In this document: in pieces, positions 25,137 to 34,797 of the stretch
Position numbering within the stretch: the stretch's first letter is position 1
Layout: each line of letters starts with the position of its first letter
Assembly (NCBI GenBank): GCA_903847315.1
Contig: CAINDG010000038.1
Location: forward strand, 67,750-131,749
Length of the DNA: 64,000 nt
Direction of reading: 5' to 3'
Origin: an uncultured Planctomycetota bacterium
GTDB lineage: Bacteria; Planctomycetota; Phycisphaerae; Sedimentisphaerales; UBA12454
Program-made: the position numbers and the translations under genes
The notes under the pieces: model-generated
What the model was told of the DNA's origin: nothing
Database searches by the model: none
The model's input: only the letters and a program-made list of their open reading frames with translations

Positions 25137-26867
25137 TTAATTTTTAATTTTTAATGATGAATTGTGGAGTTTTTGCTTTTCGGCCAGAGCGATATTGAGA
25201 TTATCCCTTGCAATCGAATAATTCGGATTGATTTTGATTGCCTGGTTAAAATGCGCGATGGCATCATCTAATCTGCCCTGCCGGGATAATATTATGCCAA
25301 GGTCGTTGTAGGCGAGAAAATTTTTAGGCTCCAGACGCAGGACCTGCTGGTACTCTTTTGCGGCTTCTTCAAATTTGCCGCTGTCAACCAGAGCAACGCC
25401 GAGATTAAGATGTATGACGGCGCTGTCGGGCGAGATTTTTAGGGCTTTGTTATAAAGCGAAATAGCCTGGTCAAATTGGCCTTTGGCCACCAGAGCTGCG
25501 CCAAGATTGGGATAAATCGTGATGAGGCTGGGGTTTATTTCGAGCGCCTTATTATAACAGTCAATAGCCTCGTCAATCCGGCCCGACTTGAAAAGAGCAA
25601 TTCCAATATTATTCGCCATATAATTATTTCCGGTTACATTTATCGCATGCTGACAAAGCGATATGCTGTCTTTCCAGTATTGCAGTTGAATGCAGGTACT
25701 TACGGTCAATAGAGATAAAACTATCAGCGCGGCCGGCCAAAGCACGATTTTTCGATGCGGCCATTTTGACAACAATTCAGGTATGCCCCATGCGATGATA
25801 ATGAATAAACCCGTCAGAGTAATATAGCTGTAGCGGTCGGCCATTGCCTGAGCGCCTACCTGCACAAAACCGATGATGGGCACAAACGTTCCAAGGAACC
25901 AGAACCATCCAGTGGCAAGGTATTTATGGTTTTGAGCCAGACGAAGAATAACGATTGTTACGGCAAGCAGAAAACCGGCTGACATTACGGCATATAAAAC
26001 TGAGACGTTTTGGCCGGGATGCGGATAAAATACGGCCAACCGGCACGGCCAGAGCATTTTCTCAATATATTCCAGATAGGAAATAAGAGCATTGGAAATC
26101 CGCACTTTTAGAGGAAACGCGTCAAGTGATACTACCGCTTCACTGCTCCGCTGCACAAGAAAGGTAATAACGCTTGAAACAGCAGAAATAATAATGAAAG
26201 GAATTTTTTCCAGAATTAACCGATAAAATACCCGCCATTGAAAGCTGTTGATACGATTAAGCGGCCAATAGTCCAGCAGTAAAAGCACAAACGGCAAAGT
26301 AACAAGCATAGGTTTTGCCATAAGACCGAGAGCAAAAATCAATAGCGTCAGCAGATAACGGGAAATATTTGGTTGTTTGACATATCGCAGATAAGCAGCC
26401 ATTGTGAGCAGCCAAAAGAAAGCGCTCAGGACATCTTTGCGTTCAGCCACCCAGGCAACAGATTCAACGTGAAGCGGATGAAGGGCAAACAAAGCCGCTA
26501 CAAACGCACTTTGCCAAATCGCATTTGTCATTTGTTTCAGGATAATGAAAAGGAGCAGAGTATTAATAATGTGAAAAAGAAGATTAGTAAGGTGATGGCC
26601 GCCTGCATTAGAGCCAAAAAGCTGCCAGTCTAATATATGTGAAAGCCAGGTTAATGGATGCCAGTTGGCAGAATGGCTGGTAGTAAATGCCCATTCGATA
26701 GCTTTGGGTATGATACCAGCCTGGACATTTGGGTTTTCAGAAACGTAGCTGAAATCGTCAAAACTAACGAACTCGAAACTGCGCACCCGATGATAAACGG
26801 CAAAAGTAACTAATGCTAATATCAGGCAAATTAAAAGAATCCGGCTTTTATCTGATTTTTTAACCAT
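25137..26867 (-). CDS. Polytopic membrane protein with C-terminal TPR repeats (TMTC/DUF1736-like GT-C candidate)
   Basis: 576 aa. N-terminal FVSFDDFSYVSENPNV..WHPLTWLSHILDWQLFG, about 10 TM segments, then four or more TPR units (AIDCYNKALEINP, AISLYNKALKISP, EYQQVLRLEP, AIAHFNQAIKINP). Confidence 0.65.
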   Translation of the reverse strand: MVKKSDKSRILLICLILALVTFAVYHRVRSFEFVSFDDFSYVSENPNVQAGIIPKAIEWAFTTSHSANWHPLTWLSHILDWQLFGSNAGGHHLTNLLFHIINTLLLFIILKQMTNAIWQSAFVAALFALHPLHVESVAWVAERKDVLSAFFWLLTMAAYLRYVKQPNISRYLLTLLIFALGLMAKPMLVTLPFVLLLLDYWPLNRINSFQWRVFYRLILEKIPFIIISAVSSVITFLVQRSSEAVVSLDAFPLKVRISNALISYLEYIEKMLWPCRLAVFYPHPGQNVSVLYAVMSAGFLLAVTIVILRLAQNHKYLATGWFWFLGTFVPIIGFVQVGAQAMADRYSYITLTGLFIIIAWGIPELLSKWPHRKIVLWPAALIVLSLLTVSTCIQLQYWKDSISLCQHAINVTGNNYMANNIGIALFKSGRIDEAIDCYNKALEINPSLITIYPNLGAALVAKGQFDQAISLYNKALKISPDSAVIHLNLGVALVDSGKFEEAAKEYQQVLRLEPKNFLAYNDLGIILSRQGRLDDAIAHFNQAIKINPNYSIARDNLNIALAEKQKLHNSSLKIKN

Positions 26868-26913
26868 CTAATCAAGAAAACCAAGTTTTGAAAAAATCCT
26901 GACGTTTTAAATT

Positions 26914-27729
26914 CTACTTCACTGCGATAATATCGACAAGTTTCCTGTGGACTGTTTTGTTCGCGGCTAAGACCTCAATAGTCTGGCCGTTATAAGTTTT
27001 CATATCGACAGGCCAGATTTCTTTGCCTTTCCAATCAGTAACGATTCCGCCTGCGGACTGGATCAAATACGCCCCTGCCGCTATGTCCCAAAGTTTGGGT
27101 TTTTGTACCGCGGCGGCAATAAACGAGCCTTTCGCGACATAAGCAAGGTGCATAGCCGTCGTGCCAAGACCCCGGCAGCGAAGAGTTTTCATCAGGAAAG
27201 TTATCCACGAAGGCACACCATCGGTGAATATGCTTTCAATGCCGATGGTTTGGAAAAGATGAATATCGTTATCATTTACTGAAATTTTTGTGCCGTTATA
27301 TTGCGGAGGCAGGTCTCCGGCGACTGTGAACATCGAATCGGTCGAGGGCTCAAAGATAACGCCGAGAACCGGCCTGCCCTGATGGATTACGCCGATGCTT
27401 ACTGCAAAATTTAAAATCCGCTGTGAAAAATTATTTGTGCCGTCGATTGGGTCTATGACCCACCATATATCAACGCCTGAGGGGGCCTGTTTGAAGAGTT
27501 TATTGTCTTTGCCTTCCTCGGCTACGATACCGTGGTTGGGAAAGTTTTGCATAATGGCATCGATTATAATCTTCTGGCATCGCGGGTCGGCTTCGGTAAC
27601 GATTTCAGAGGGGCTTTTCGCATAGGATTTTACATGGTTTATTTCGTCAAGGGCGTATCGGCCTGCAAGTCTTGCAGCGGAAACAGCCGTCTGGAGCATC
27701 TGGTTTAAAGTTTTATTGTCAAGAGCCAT
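26914..27729 (-). CDS. Inositol monophosphatase family protein (SuhB-like)
   Basis: VAEEG and WVIDPIDGTNNF motifs. I chose the ATG at 27729 (MALDNKTL) as the start; the track ORF begins 45 nt upstream. Confidence 0.85.
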   Translation of the reverse strand: MALDNKTLNQMLQTAVSAARLAGRYALDEINHVKSYAKSPSEIVTEADPRCQKIIIDAIMQNFPNHGIVAEEGKDNKLFKQAPSGVDIWWVIDPIDGTNNFSQRILNFAVSIGVIHQGRPVLGVIFEPSTDSMFTVAGDLPPQYNGTKISVNDNDIHLFQTIGIESIFTDGVPSWITFLMKTLRCRGLGTTAMHLAYVAKGSFIAAAVQKPKLWDIAAGAYLIQSAGGIVTDWKGKEIWPVDMKTYNGQTIEVLAANKTVHRKLVDIIAVK

Positions 27730-27899
27730 CAGGAAAACCTTTCTCTGTCTTTGTGTAACGTGATAACATATCACAGGAAGTTTAAAATTAAAAATTTAAA
27801 ATTAAACGCACTTTTTGCGAATAATTTTTTATTTTTTTGCTTTTTATCTTTTTGTACCTGCTTGACATAATATTTTATCATCAGTAACCTTAAATCCAA

Positions 27900-28352
27900 A
27901 TGACGGAACAAAAAAAATCAGGATGGTTTGCCAAATCCACGCTGGAGGACCGGCTGATTTTTCTGTCGATTTTTTTATCGATTTGCTTTGTGTTTTTGCT
28001 TTTTTACCTTGTAAAAGCCGGTTTTATCCGCATCGGTCCTGCCAGTGGATGTGCATTTAAGAGAAATTTCGGAATCCCCTGCCCAACGTGCGGATGGACA
28101 ACAGCAATAGGCCTTTTTGTGACAGGCGGAACAATAAAAGCCTTCTTTGTGCAACCTGCTGCGACGATGAGTTGCATTATTCTGGTTTTGGTTGCGTTTT
28201 TTTCTTTACTTAGTGCTGTACTGGGGATAAACTTCTCTTTCCTGCCGCCGGTTAGACTGTGGCAACCAAAGTACATAATAATAGCAGGTGCGGTAATTCT
28301 GGGCGGCGGCTGGGCGGTAACGATAGCCAGGGCGCTGGCGGAACTGCCGTAA
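27900..28352 (+). CDS. DUF2752-like membrane protein
   Basis: 150 aa. CAFKRNFGIPCPTCGWTTA followed by TM helices. Confidence 0.6.
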   Translation: MTEQKKSGWFAKSTLEDRLIFLSIFLSICFVFLLFYLVKAGFIRIGPASGCAFKRNFGIPCPTCGWTTAIGLFVTGGTIKAFFVQPAATMSCIILVLVAFFSLLSAVLGINFSFLPPVRLWQPKYIIIAGAVILGGGWAVTIARALAELP

Positions 28353-28404
28353 GAAAAACAGGCCTCTGATAAATCAGGGTGTTAAACAAAATTTTAATAA
28401 AGAG

Positions 28405-29088
28405 ATGTCTATGACTAAAAAAAATATCCTTATAACAATATGTATCGCAGCGGCGACCGTTTTTGCGGCAGGCTGCTCGACTGTGGGCGGTTTGGGAGGA
28501 AATCTTGCATCTGAAAGAGATTCCGAAAAGATAACGCCTGCGGAATTCAAGCTGGCCGAGACGGAAGGCAAAATCGTTGTCTTCGTTATTCAGCCGGGCT
28601 GGATAAAAAGCCCAATGGATTTACGAATTTTACTGACAACTTCAATCAACGCCGCACTTGTAGCAAAGGTGGAAATAAAAAAGGAGCGATTGACCGAATA
28701 CGCGGACATCCAGAAAATCCGGATGACGATGGCGGAAGACAAAAAAGACGACCCTGTTGAAATCGTGCAGAAACTAAATGCCCAATATGTGCTGGCGGTA
28801 CAGATAACCGATTTTGATTTGAGTACGTTCGCCGAGAAAAACTTTTATAATGGAATGATGCTGACAAAAACCTGTCTTTACGACGCAAAAGGCGAGAAGA
28901 TATGGCCGAGCAGTGAAGGATGCAGAGAAGTAACGGTAGGCTTCGAGACTGAAGCCGGTACGATGCAATCCTCCGTTGAAAGGCTGTCAAACGCGGCGGC
29001 TTTCTGCATCACAAGATATCTATATAACTGCAAACTCGCCAATTTCCATATTACTGAAGAACAAAAAGAACTTGATACGTATAAATGA
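28405..29088 (+). CDS. Lipoprotein (hypothetical)
   Basis: 227 aa. Signal peptide ending in the lipobox VFAAGC. Confidence 0.6.
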   Translation: MSMTKKNILITICIAAATVFAAGCSTVGGLGGNLASERDSEKITPAEFKLAETEGKIVVFVIQPGWIKSPMDLRILLTTSINAALVAKVEIKKERLTEYADIQKIRMTMAEDKKDDPVEIVQKLNAQYVLAVQITDFDLSTFAEKNFYNGMMLTKTCLYDAKGEKIWPSSEGCREVTVGFETEAGTMQSSVERLSNAAAFCITRYLYNCKLANFHITEEQKELDTYK

Positions 29089-29115
29089 TAAAAAAACACT
29101 TATAAGGAGAAAGAA

Positions 29116-30708
29116 ATGATTAAGATTCTTATTACCGACAAGCTGGCAAAAGAAGGTATTGAACTGCTCAAATCGATGAAAGACGTTGAGCCGGTAGTAA
29201 AGACCGGAATCAGTCCTGAAGAACTGATATCCATAATCGGAGAGTATGATGGACTTATCGTAAGAAGCGAGACGAAAGTAACGGCTAAGGTTCTGGAAAA
29301 GCCGGGCAAACTTCGCGGCATCGCAAGAGCGGGAGCCGGCGTCGATAATATCGATGTGCCGATGGCGACAAAAAAAGGCATACTGGTAATGAACACGCCG
29401 GGCGGAAATACGCTCAGCGCGGCAGAACATACAATGGCGCTGATGCTGGGGATGAGCAGACATATCGCGCCGGCAAGCACCAAATTTAAAGGCGGGGTAT
29501 GGGACAAGAAAAGCTTTATGGGCAACCAGCTTAACAATAAAGTCCTGGGCATAATCGGACTGGGACGAATCGGAATGGCAGTGGCGAAGATGGCAACGGG
29601 GTTCAATATGAAAATCCTGGGATATGACCCTGTCGCGACGCCGCCGGATGCGGAAAAACTCGGAATTCAAATTACCGATAACCTCGAAAAAATCTTCAAG
29701 GAAGCCGACTATATCACGGTACATGTACCGAAAAACGACAAAACGCTAAATATGATAGGCGAAGCACAGCTTAAGATGATGAAACCGACGACAAGACTTA
29801 TTAATTGCGCACGCGGCGGAATCATAAATGAGGACGCGCTGTATGACGCACTCGAGAACAAGACAATCGCGGCGGCGGCATTGGATGTATTTACGGAAGA
29901 ACCGCCGGTGAAAAACAAGAGATATGAAAAAATCGCCAATCTGCTTGTTACGCCGCACCTTGGAGCAAGCACAGAAGAGGCACAGGTTGAGGTTGCAATC
30001 GAGGCGGCACAAATTCTGGCCGATTTTCTGAAAACCGGAGCAATCAAAAACGCGGTCAATGCACCGGCAACCGGCGGAGCAACACCGCCTGTCGTAAATC
30101 TCTATGCAACACTGGCGAAAAGAATCGGGACGCTTGTTGGCGCTATCGGCGGCGGACAGATAAAGAAGGTCGAGCTGCAATATCGCGGCGCTATCGCAGA
30201 ACACAGCGTCGGCCTGATAACCAGCTCATTCCAGATTGGTCTGCTGCAGCCATATTCGGATGACCCGGTTAATATAGTAAACGCATCGGCGCTGGCAAAG
30301 GAAAAAGGCATCAGCATCGATGTAACTAAAAATCCGGAAGCGAAAAACGTCGCTTCGGGATTCGGCGCAAAAGTTACGACGGCAAATGGCACCTGCACCT
30401 TTACAGGTACGGTTTTCAGTGATAAGATAATGCGAATTATCGAAATCAACGGATTCGACGTGGAACTGACGCCTGCTGATAACATAATGATTATCTTCAA
30501 TGACGACAAGCCCGGCGTTATCGGCGCAGTCGGCACTGTTCTGGGCAAACACGGCATCAATATCCAGACGATGGGCGTAGGCCAAAAGGCCGCTGAGAAA
30601 AAAGCGATTCTGGCAGTCAGCCTCGACGCTATGCCGGACGAGAAAGCAGTAAAAGAAATAAAAGAGCTTGGATTTGTTAACGAAGTCCATTTGTGCAAAC
30701 TGGGCTAA
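29116..30708 (+). CDS. serA: D-3-phosphoglycerate dehydrogenase with ACT domain
   Basis: 530 aa. GIIGLGRIG NAD fold, the RGGIINE..TPHLGAST catalytic region, and a C-terminal ACT-like segment (MIIFNDDKPGVIGAVGTVLGKHGINI). Confidence 0.9.
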   Translation: MIKILITDKLAKEGIELLKSMKDVEPVVKTGISPEELISIIGEYDGLIVRSETKVTAKVLEKPGKLRGIARAGAGVDNIDVPMATKKGILVMNTPGGNTLSAAEHTMALMLGMSRHIAPASTKFKGGVWDKKSFMGNQLNNKVLGIIGLGRIGMAVAKMATGFNMKILGYDPVATPPDAEKLGIQITDNLEKIFKEADYITVHVPKNDKTLNMIGEAQLKMMKPTTRLINCARGGIINEDALYDALENKTIAAAALDVFTEEPPVKNKRYEKIANLLVTPHLGASTEEAQVEVAIEAAQILADFLKTGAIKNAVNAPATGGATPPVVNLYATLAKRIGTLVGAIGGGQIKKVELQYRGAIAEHSVGLITSSFQIGLLQPYSDDPVNIVNASALAKEKGISIDVTKNPEAKNVASGFGAKVTTANGTCTFTGTVFSDKIMRIIEINGFDVELTPADNIMIIFNDDKPGVIGAVGTVLGKHGINIQTMGVGQKAAEKKAILAVSLDAMPDEKAVKEIKELGFVNEVHLCKLG

Positions 30709-30736
30709 AAGATAAATAGACCAAATAAAGAAATAT

Positions 30737-32509
30737 TTGAATACAGTCAAGGATATGCCAACAAAGATAACACGTCAGACAAATCAAATGAACTTTGGGT
30801 TTGCCGAGCAGGCGGAGTCTGAAACGAAAAATAAAAAATCGAAAAAAAGCGTAAAAGCAAAGAAAAAGACTGAAAGCCGCTCGGAATCAGCGAAGGAAAC
30901 TACCGCTAAAACCAAACCCGTTGCCGCTGCGGCAACCGCAGAGACAATGGCGGCGAAACAGCGGGATATCAGTATAAGCGAATTCTTCGCCAAAAACAGA
31001 CACCTGCTGGGCTTCGATAATACGCGAAAGGCACTACTGACGGCTGTAAAAGAAGCGGTGGATAATTCGCTGGACGCCTGCGAAGAAGCTCATATCCTGC
31101 CTGAAATACTCGTAACCATAAAACAGCTTACCGAGAAAAAATTTACGATAATAATACGGGACAATGGGCCGGGAATCGTCGATAAGCAAATTCCAAATAT
31201 TTTCGCCAAGCTGCTGTACGGCAGCAAATTTCACAGTTTAAAAATGAGCCGCGGCCAGCAAGGCATCGGCATATCGGCTGCGGGAATGTATGGCCTGTTG
31301 ACGACGGGCGAGCCTGTGCAAATAATTTCCAGAACGGATAAACACAAAAAGGCATCTCACTGCCATGTGCTGATTGACACAAGCAAAAACAAACCGCAGG
31401 TAGTTCTCGATGAAGCCTGCGATTTTGAGTTGCCGAAAGGCACACAGGTAATAATAACACTTGAAGGAAAATACCAGAAGGGGAAACAATCCGTCGATGA
31501 ATACATCGCCCAGACGGCGATGGCCAACCCGCATGCCACAATAATTTATAATGCAGCGGACGGTACGACATACGAATACAAGCGGCAAAGCAATAAATTG
31601 CCGTTTATGCCGATTGAAATAAAACCGCATCCCTATGGCGTCGAACTGGGCTTGCTTTATAAAATGGCAAGAGAAAGCATAGCCAAGCGTCTTTCGGCGT
31701 TTCTGCAGCATGATTTTTCGCGGGTAAGCTCAAGACTGGCAGGCGAAATCTGCAAGAAGGCTAATCTTTCTAAAAATATGCGGCCGACAGCTTTGAGTTT
31801 AAAAGAGGCCGAAGCGATGCATACCGCCATCAACGAGACAAAAATAATGGCGCCGCCTGTAAACTGCATCGGACCTATCGGCGAAAATGAACTCGAACAG
31901 GGACTGAAAAGAACTGTCGAGGCGGAATTTTACGCTGCGTGCACAAGAAAACCGACCGTTTACCGGGGCAATCCGTTTCTTATCGAGGCCGCAATCGCAT
32001 ACGGTTTTAAAACCGAGCAGGATAACGGGAACGGCGACGACGACAAGGATAAACAACCGCAAATGGAGCTGAAACGGTTTGCGAACCGAGTGCCCCTGCT
32101 CTATCAGCAGGGAGCGTGCGCTATTCACAAAGCGGTTACCGAAATCAACTGGCGAAATTACAGCCTGTCGCAATCGAAAGGCGCTTTGCCGACGGGGCCA
32201 ATCGTCCTGATGGTGCATATCGCATCGGTATGGGTGCCGTTTACATCGGAAAGCAAAGAGGCGATAGCGCATTACCCGGAAATAATAAAAGAAATAAAAC
32301 TTGCGGTGCAGGAATGCGGGCGTAAACTTGGTATGCATCTGCGAAGACAAAACCGCATCCGGCAGGAACTGGTAAAAAGAAGCTATATCGAAATTTACCT
32401 GCCATATATTGGCGAAGCACTGCAGGAAATACTTTCACTTAAAGATGTACAGGTAAAAACAATAGTTTCGAGACTTAAAGAAGTACTCGAAAAGACAAGA
32501 CAAATCTAA
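30737..32509 (+). CDS. top6B: DNA topoisomerase VI subunit B
   Basis: GHKL N-box EAVDNSLDACEE. DNGPGI, SRGQQGIGISAA and ISISEFFAKNRHLLGF. Transducer-type HIASVWVPFTSESKEAIAHYPEI. The start is uncertain: the track ATG adds a Lys-rich extension of about 70 aa, and an internal ATG at 30947 (MAAKQRDISISEFF) is also possible. Confidence 0.85.
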   Translation: MNTVKDMPTKITRQTNQMNFGFAEQAESETKNKKSKKSVKAKKKTESRSESAKETTAKTKPVAAAATAETMAAKQRDISISEFFAKNRHLLGFDNTRKALLTAVKEAVDNSLDACEEAHILPEILVTIKQLTEKKFTIIIRDNGPGIVDKQIPNIFAKLLYGSKFHSLKMSRGQQGIGISAAGMYGLLTTGEPVQIISRTDKHKKASHCHVLIDTSKNKPQVVLDEACDFELPKGTQVIITLEGKYQKGKQSVDEYIAQTAMANPHATIIYNAADGTTYEYKRQSNKLPFMPIEIKPHPYGVELGLLYKMARESIAKRLSAFLQHDFSRVSSRLAGEICKKANLSKNMRPTALSLKEAEAMHTAINETKIMAPPVNCIGPIGENELEQGLKRTVEAEFYAACTRKPTVYRGNPFLIEAAIAYGFKTEQDNGNGDDDKDKQPQMELKRFANRVPLLYQQGACAIHKAVTEINWRNYSLSQSKGALPTGPIVLMVHIASVWVPFTSESKEAIAHYPEIIKEIKLAVQECGRKLGMHLRRQNRIRQELVKRSYIEIYLPYIGEALQEILSLKDVQVKTIVSRLKEVLEKTRQI

Positions 32510-32535
32510 ATTAGACAGAAGGAAGAAAAGAAATA

Positions 32536-33906
32536 ATGACACAGGAATTAATTATATCTATCAGCGGAATGAGAGGCATTATAGGAGAAAATCTCAACGC
32601 TTCCATCGCGGCAGCATACGCATGCGCCTTCGGGACATTTCTCAAGAATTCAAAAGGCAAACAAAAACTTACTATCGCCATCGGCACAGACAGCAGGCCA
32701 AGCGGAGATATGCTTAAATTGGCCGTAGCGGCTGGATTGTGCTCGATTGGCGCGGATGTAATCGATTTAGGTATGGTAACCACTCCCACAGTAGGCATTA
32801 TGGTCAGGGAATTGGTATGCGACGGCGGCATGGTCATTACCGCTTCGCATAACCCGATTGAATACAACGGAATCAAGCTGCTTACAAGCAAGGGCATCGC
32901 CCCGCCGGCGGGAATGGCGGAAAAAGTAATATCGATTTTCCACGACGCAAAATTCAAATTTGCCGACGCGGTAAACTGCGGAAAAATTTCCATAGACCAC
33001 GGCGGCGATTCGGTTCATATCAAAAAAGTCCTTGCCTGTGTGGACAGAAAAGCGATAGCATTAAAAAGATTCAAGGTTGTTCTGGATAGTATAAACGGAG
33101 CGGGTACAAGACCGGGCAAGAAACTTCTCGCATCTTTCGGCTGTCATACTATCGCTATCAACGACGAGGCGAACGGTCTGTTTGCCCATAAACCCGAACC
33201 GCTGGCGGAAAATCTGGAGCAGTTGTGTCAGGCTGTGAAAAAAACAGGTGCCAATATAGGCTTTGCGCAGGACCCCGATGCCGACAGGCTCGCAATCGTA
33301 GATGAAAACGGCAGATATATCGGCGAAGAATACACGCTCGCTCTGGCCGCGAAGTATATTTTCAGTCATGAAAAAGGCACTGCAGCCGCAAATCTTTCCA
33401 CGTCGCGTATGATTGACGATATCGCCCAACAGGCAGGATGCAGGGTTATTCGAACGCCGGTCGGCGAGGCAAACGTGGCAGGTGCGATGATTAAAAACAA
33501 CTGCGTAATCGGCGGCGAAGGAAACGGCGGAGTCATCGACCTAAGAGTCGGCCCTGTGCGGGATAGTCTTATCGCCATCGCTTTTATACTGCAGCTTTGC
33601 ACTGAAACAGGTAAAAAAATCAGTCAGCTTGTCGATGAGATACCGGCTTATCAAATGATAAAGCAAAAATTTGCCGCAGATAAAAAAGAGGCCGGCAAGA
33701 TAATCATACAGGTAAAAAAAATATTCAAAAAAGCCCAAGTCGATGAAAGCGACGGATGCAGATTTGATTTCGAGGACGGCTGGATTCATCTGCGGACAAG
33801 CAACACCGAGCCTGTGATGAGACTAATCGCGGAATTCAAAGAAGATGTGGAGCCGAAAAAATATTTAGATAAAATTACGGCTATAATAGAAAAAGTTACA
33901 GGTTGA
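32536..33906 (+). CDS. Alpha-D-phosphohexomutase (phosphoglucosamine/phosphomanno-mutase type)
   Basis: 456 aa. SGMRG, the catalytic TASHNPIEYNG, the metal loop FAQDPDADR and GGEGNGG. Confidence 0.85.
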   Translation: MTQELIISISGMRGIIGENLNASIAAAYACAFGTFLKNSKGKQKLTIAIGTDSRPSGDMLKLAVAAGLCSIGADVIDLGMVTTPTVGIMVRELVCDGGMVITASHNPIEYNGIKLLTSKGIAPPAGMAEKVISIFHDAKFKFADAVNCGKISIDHGGDSVHIKKVLACVDRKAIALKRFKVVLDSINGAGTRPGKKLLASFGCHTIAINDEANGLFAHKPEPLAENLEQLCQAVKKTGANIGFAQDPDADRLAIVDENGRYIGEEYTLALAAKYIFSHEKGTAAANLSTSRMIDDIAQQAGCRVIRTPVGEANVAGAMIKNNCVIGGEGNGGVIDLRVGPVRDSLIAIAFILQLCTETGKKISQLVDEIPAYQMIKQKFAADKKEAGKIIIQVKKIFKKAQVDESDGCRFDFEDGWIHLRTSNTEPVMRLIAEFKEDVEPKKYLDKITAIIEKVTG

Positions 33907-33909
33907 TAA

Positions 33910-34797
33910 ATGTCCAAGCAGCAAAAAAACGACGAGGCTTTTGAACAAATCATAAAAGTTACCTGGCTCGGGATAATAATCAACGTCACTCTCGTGATTG
34001 CCAAAATTATTACGGGCATCCTAGTATCGTCTATGGCGATGATAGCTGACGGGTTTCATTCTCTTTCGGACCTCGTGACAGATTTTGCGATTATTCTCGG
34101 CGTGCGCATAAGCAAAAAAGAACCAGACGAAGACCATCCTTACGGTCACGGCTGGGCTGAAAATTTTATAACTTTTTTTACTGCCGTTCCGCTGGCTGTC
34201 GCGGGCGGATATATGGTTATCAAGGCGGTTCACAGCATTGCAGACCACGTAATGACAAAAATTGGCTATCCGGTTCTGACTGTCGCCGTAATCGCCATAA
34301 TTCTTAAAGAATATTCATTCGTTATAACCAAAAAAGTAGCTGTTAGATTATCCAGCTCAATGCTTTACGCCAACGCCTGGGACCATCGCTCCGACGCGCT
34401 AAGTTCGCTTGCGGTAGCAATAGGAGCAATATCTTCAATGTTCGGCCTTGCTTACGCAGACCAGATAGCTGCGATTGTTGTTGGACTGATGATTGTTTTC
34501 GTGGCAATTAAAATATTAAAAGACTCACTCGGGCAGTTTACGGCAAGAGCTGTTGACGAAAAAACACACCAGCAGATAAAACAAATTATCTCATCGCAGC
34601 CGCAAATCCGCAACTGGCACAAACTGCGGACAAGAACGGTCGGCAGAGAACTGTTTATGGATTTGCATATTCTTGTTGACCCGACATTAAATATAACCCA
34701 GGCTCACGATATCGCGGAGGCACTTGAAAACGAATTGCACCAGCAAATTTCTCAGCCGGTAAATATTGTCATTCATATCGAACCGAATGGCGGGTAA
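33910..34797 (+). CDS. Cation diffusion facilitator family transporter
   Basis: 295 aa with six TM segments. HSLSDLVTD and a C-terminal ...VIHIEP. Its 3' end overlaps addA convergently by 25 nt. Confidence 0.85.
   Translation: MSKQQKNDEAFEQIIKVTWLGIIINVTLVIAKIITGILVSSMAMIADGFHSLSDLVTDFAIILGVRISKKEPDEDHPYGHGWAENFITFFTAVPLAVAGGYMVIKAVHSIADHVMTKIGYPVLTVAVIAIILKEYSFVITKKVAVRLSSSMLYANAWDHRSDALSSLAVAIGAISSMFGLAYADQIAAIVVGLMIVFVAIKILKDSLGQFTARAVDEKTHQQIKQIISSQPQIRNWHKLRTRTVGRELFMDLHILVDPTLNITQAHDIAEALENELHQQISQPVNIVIHIEPNGG

Noticed and set aside
29020-29724. Long antisense ORFs inside serA and other conserved genes, including 21374-22093, 60293-61054, 62372-63178, 30102-30750 and 13224-13797
   Set aside because: Each lies opposite a gene with strong motif support. 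They have low-complexity, Arg/Ser/Phe-rich translations typical of antisense frames.
30737-32509. GHKL ATPase as a MORC/paraMORC-type defence protein
   Set aside because: It carries the specific Top6B transducer motif (VPFTSESKEAIA) and the ISxxEFFxKN N-terminal strap, so it is a topoisomerase VI B subunit.
34773-34797. 25-nt convergent overlap of the CDF transporter and addA 3' ends
   Set aside because: Both C-termini look natural, and short convergent overlaps are common. There is no evidence of regulation or frameshift.
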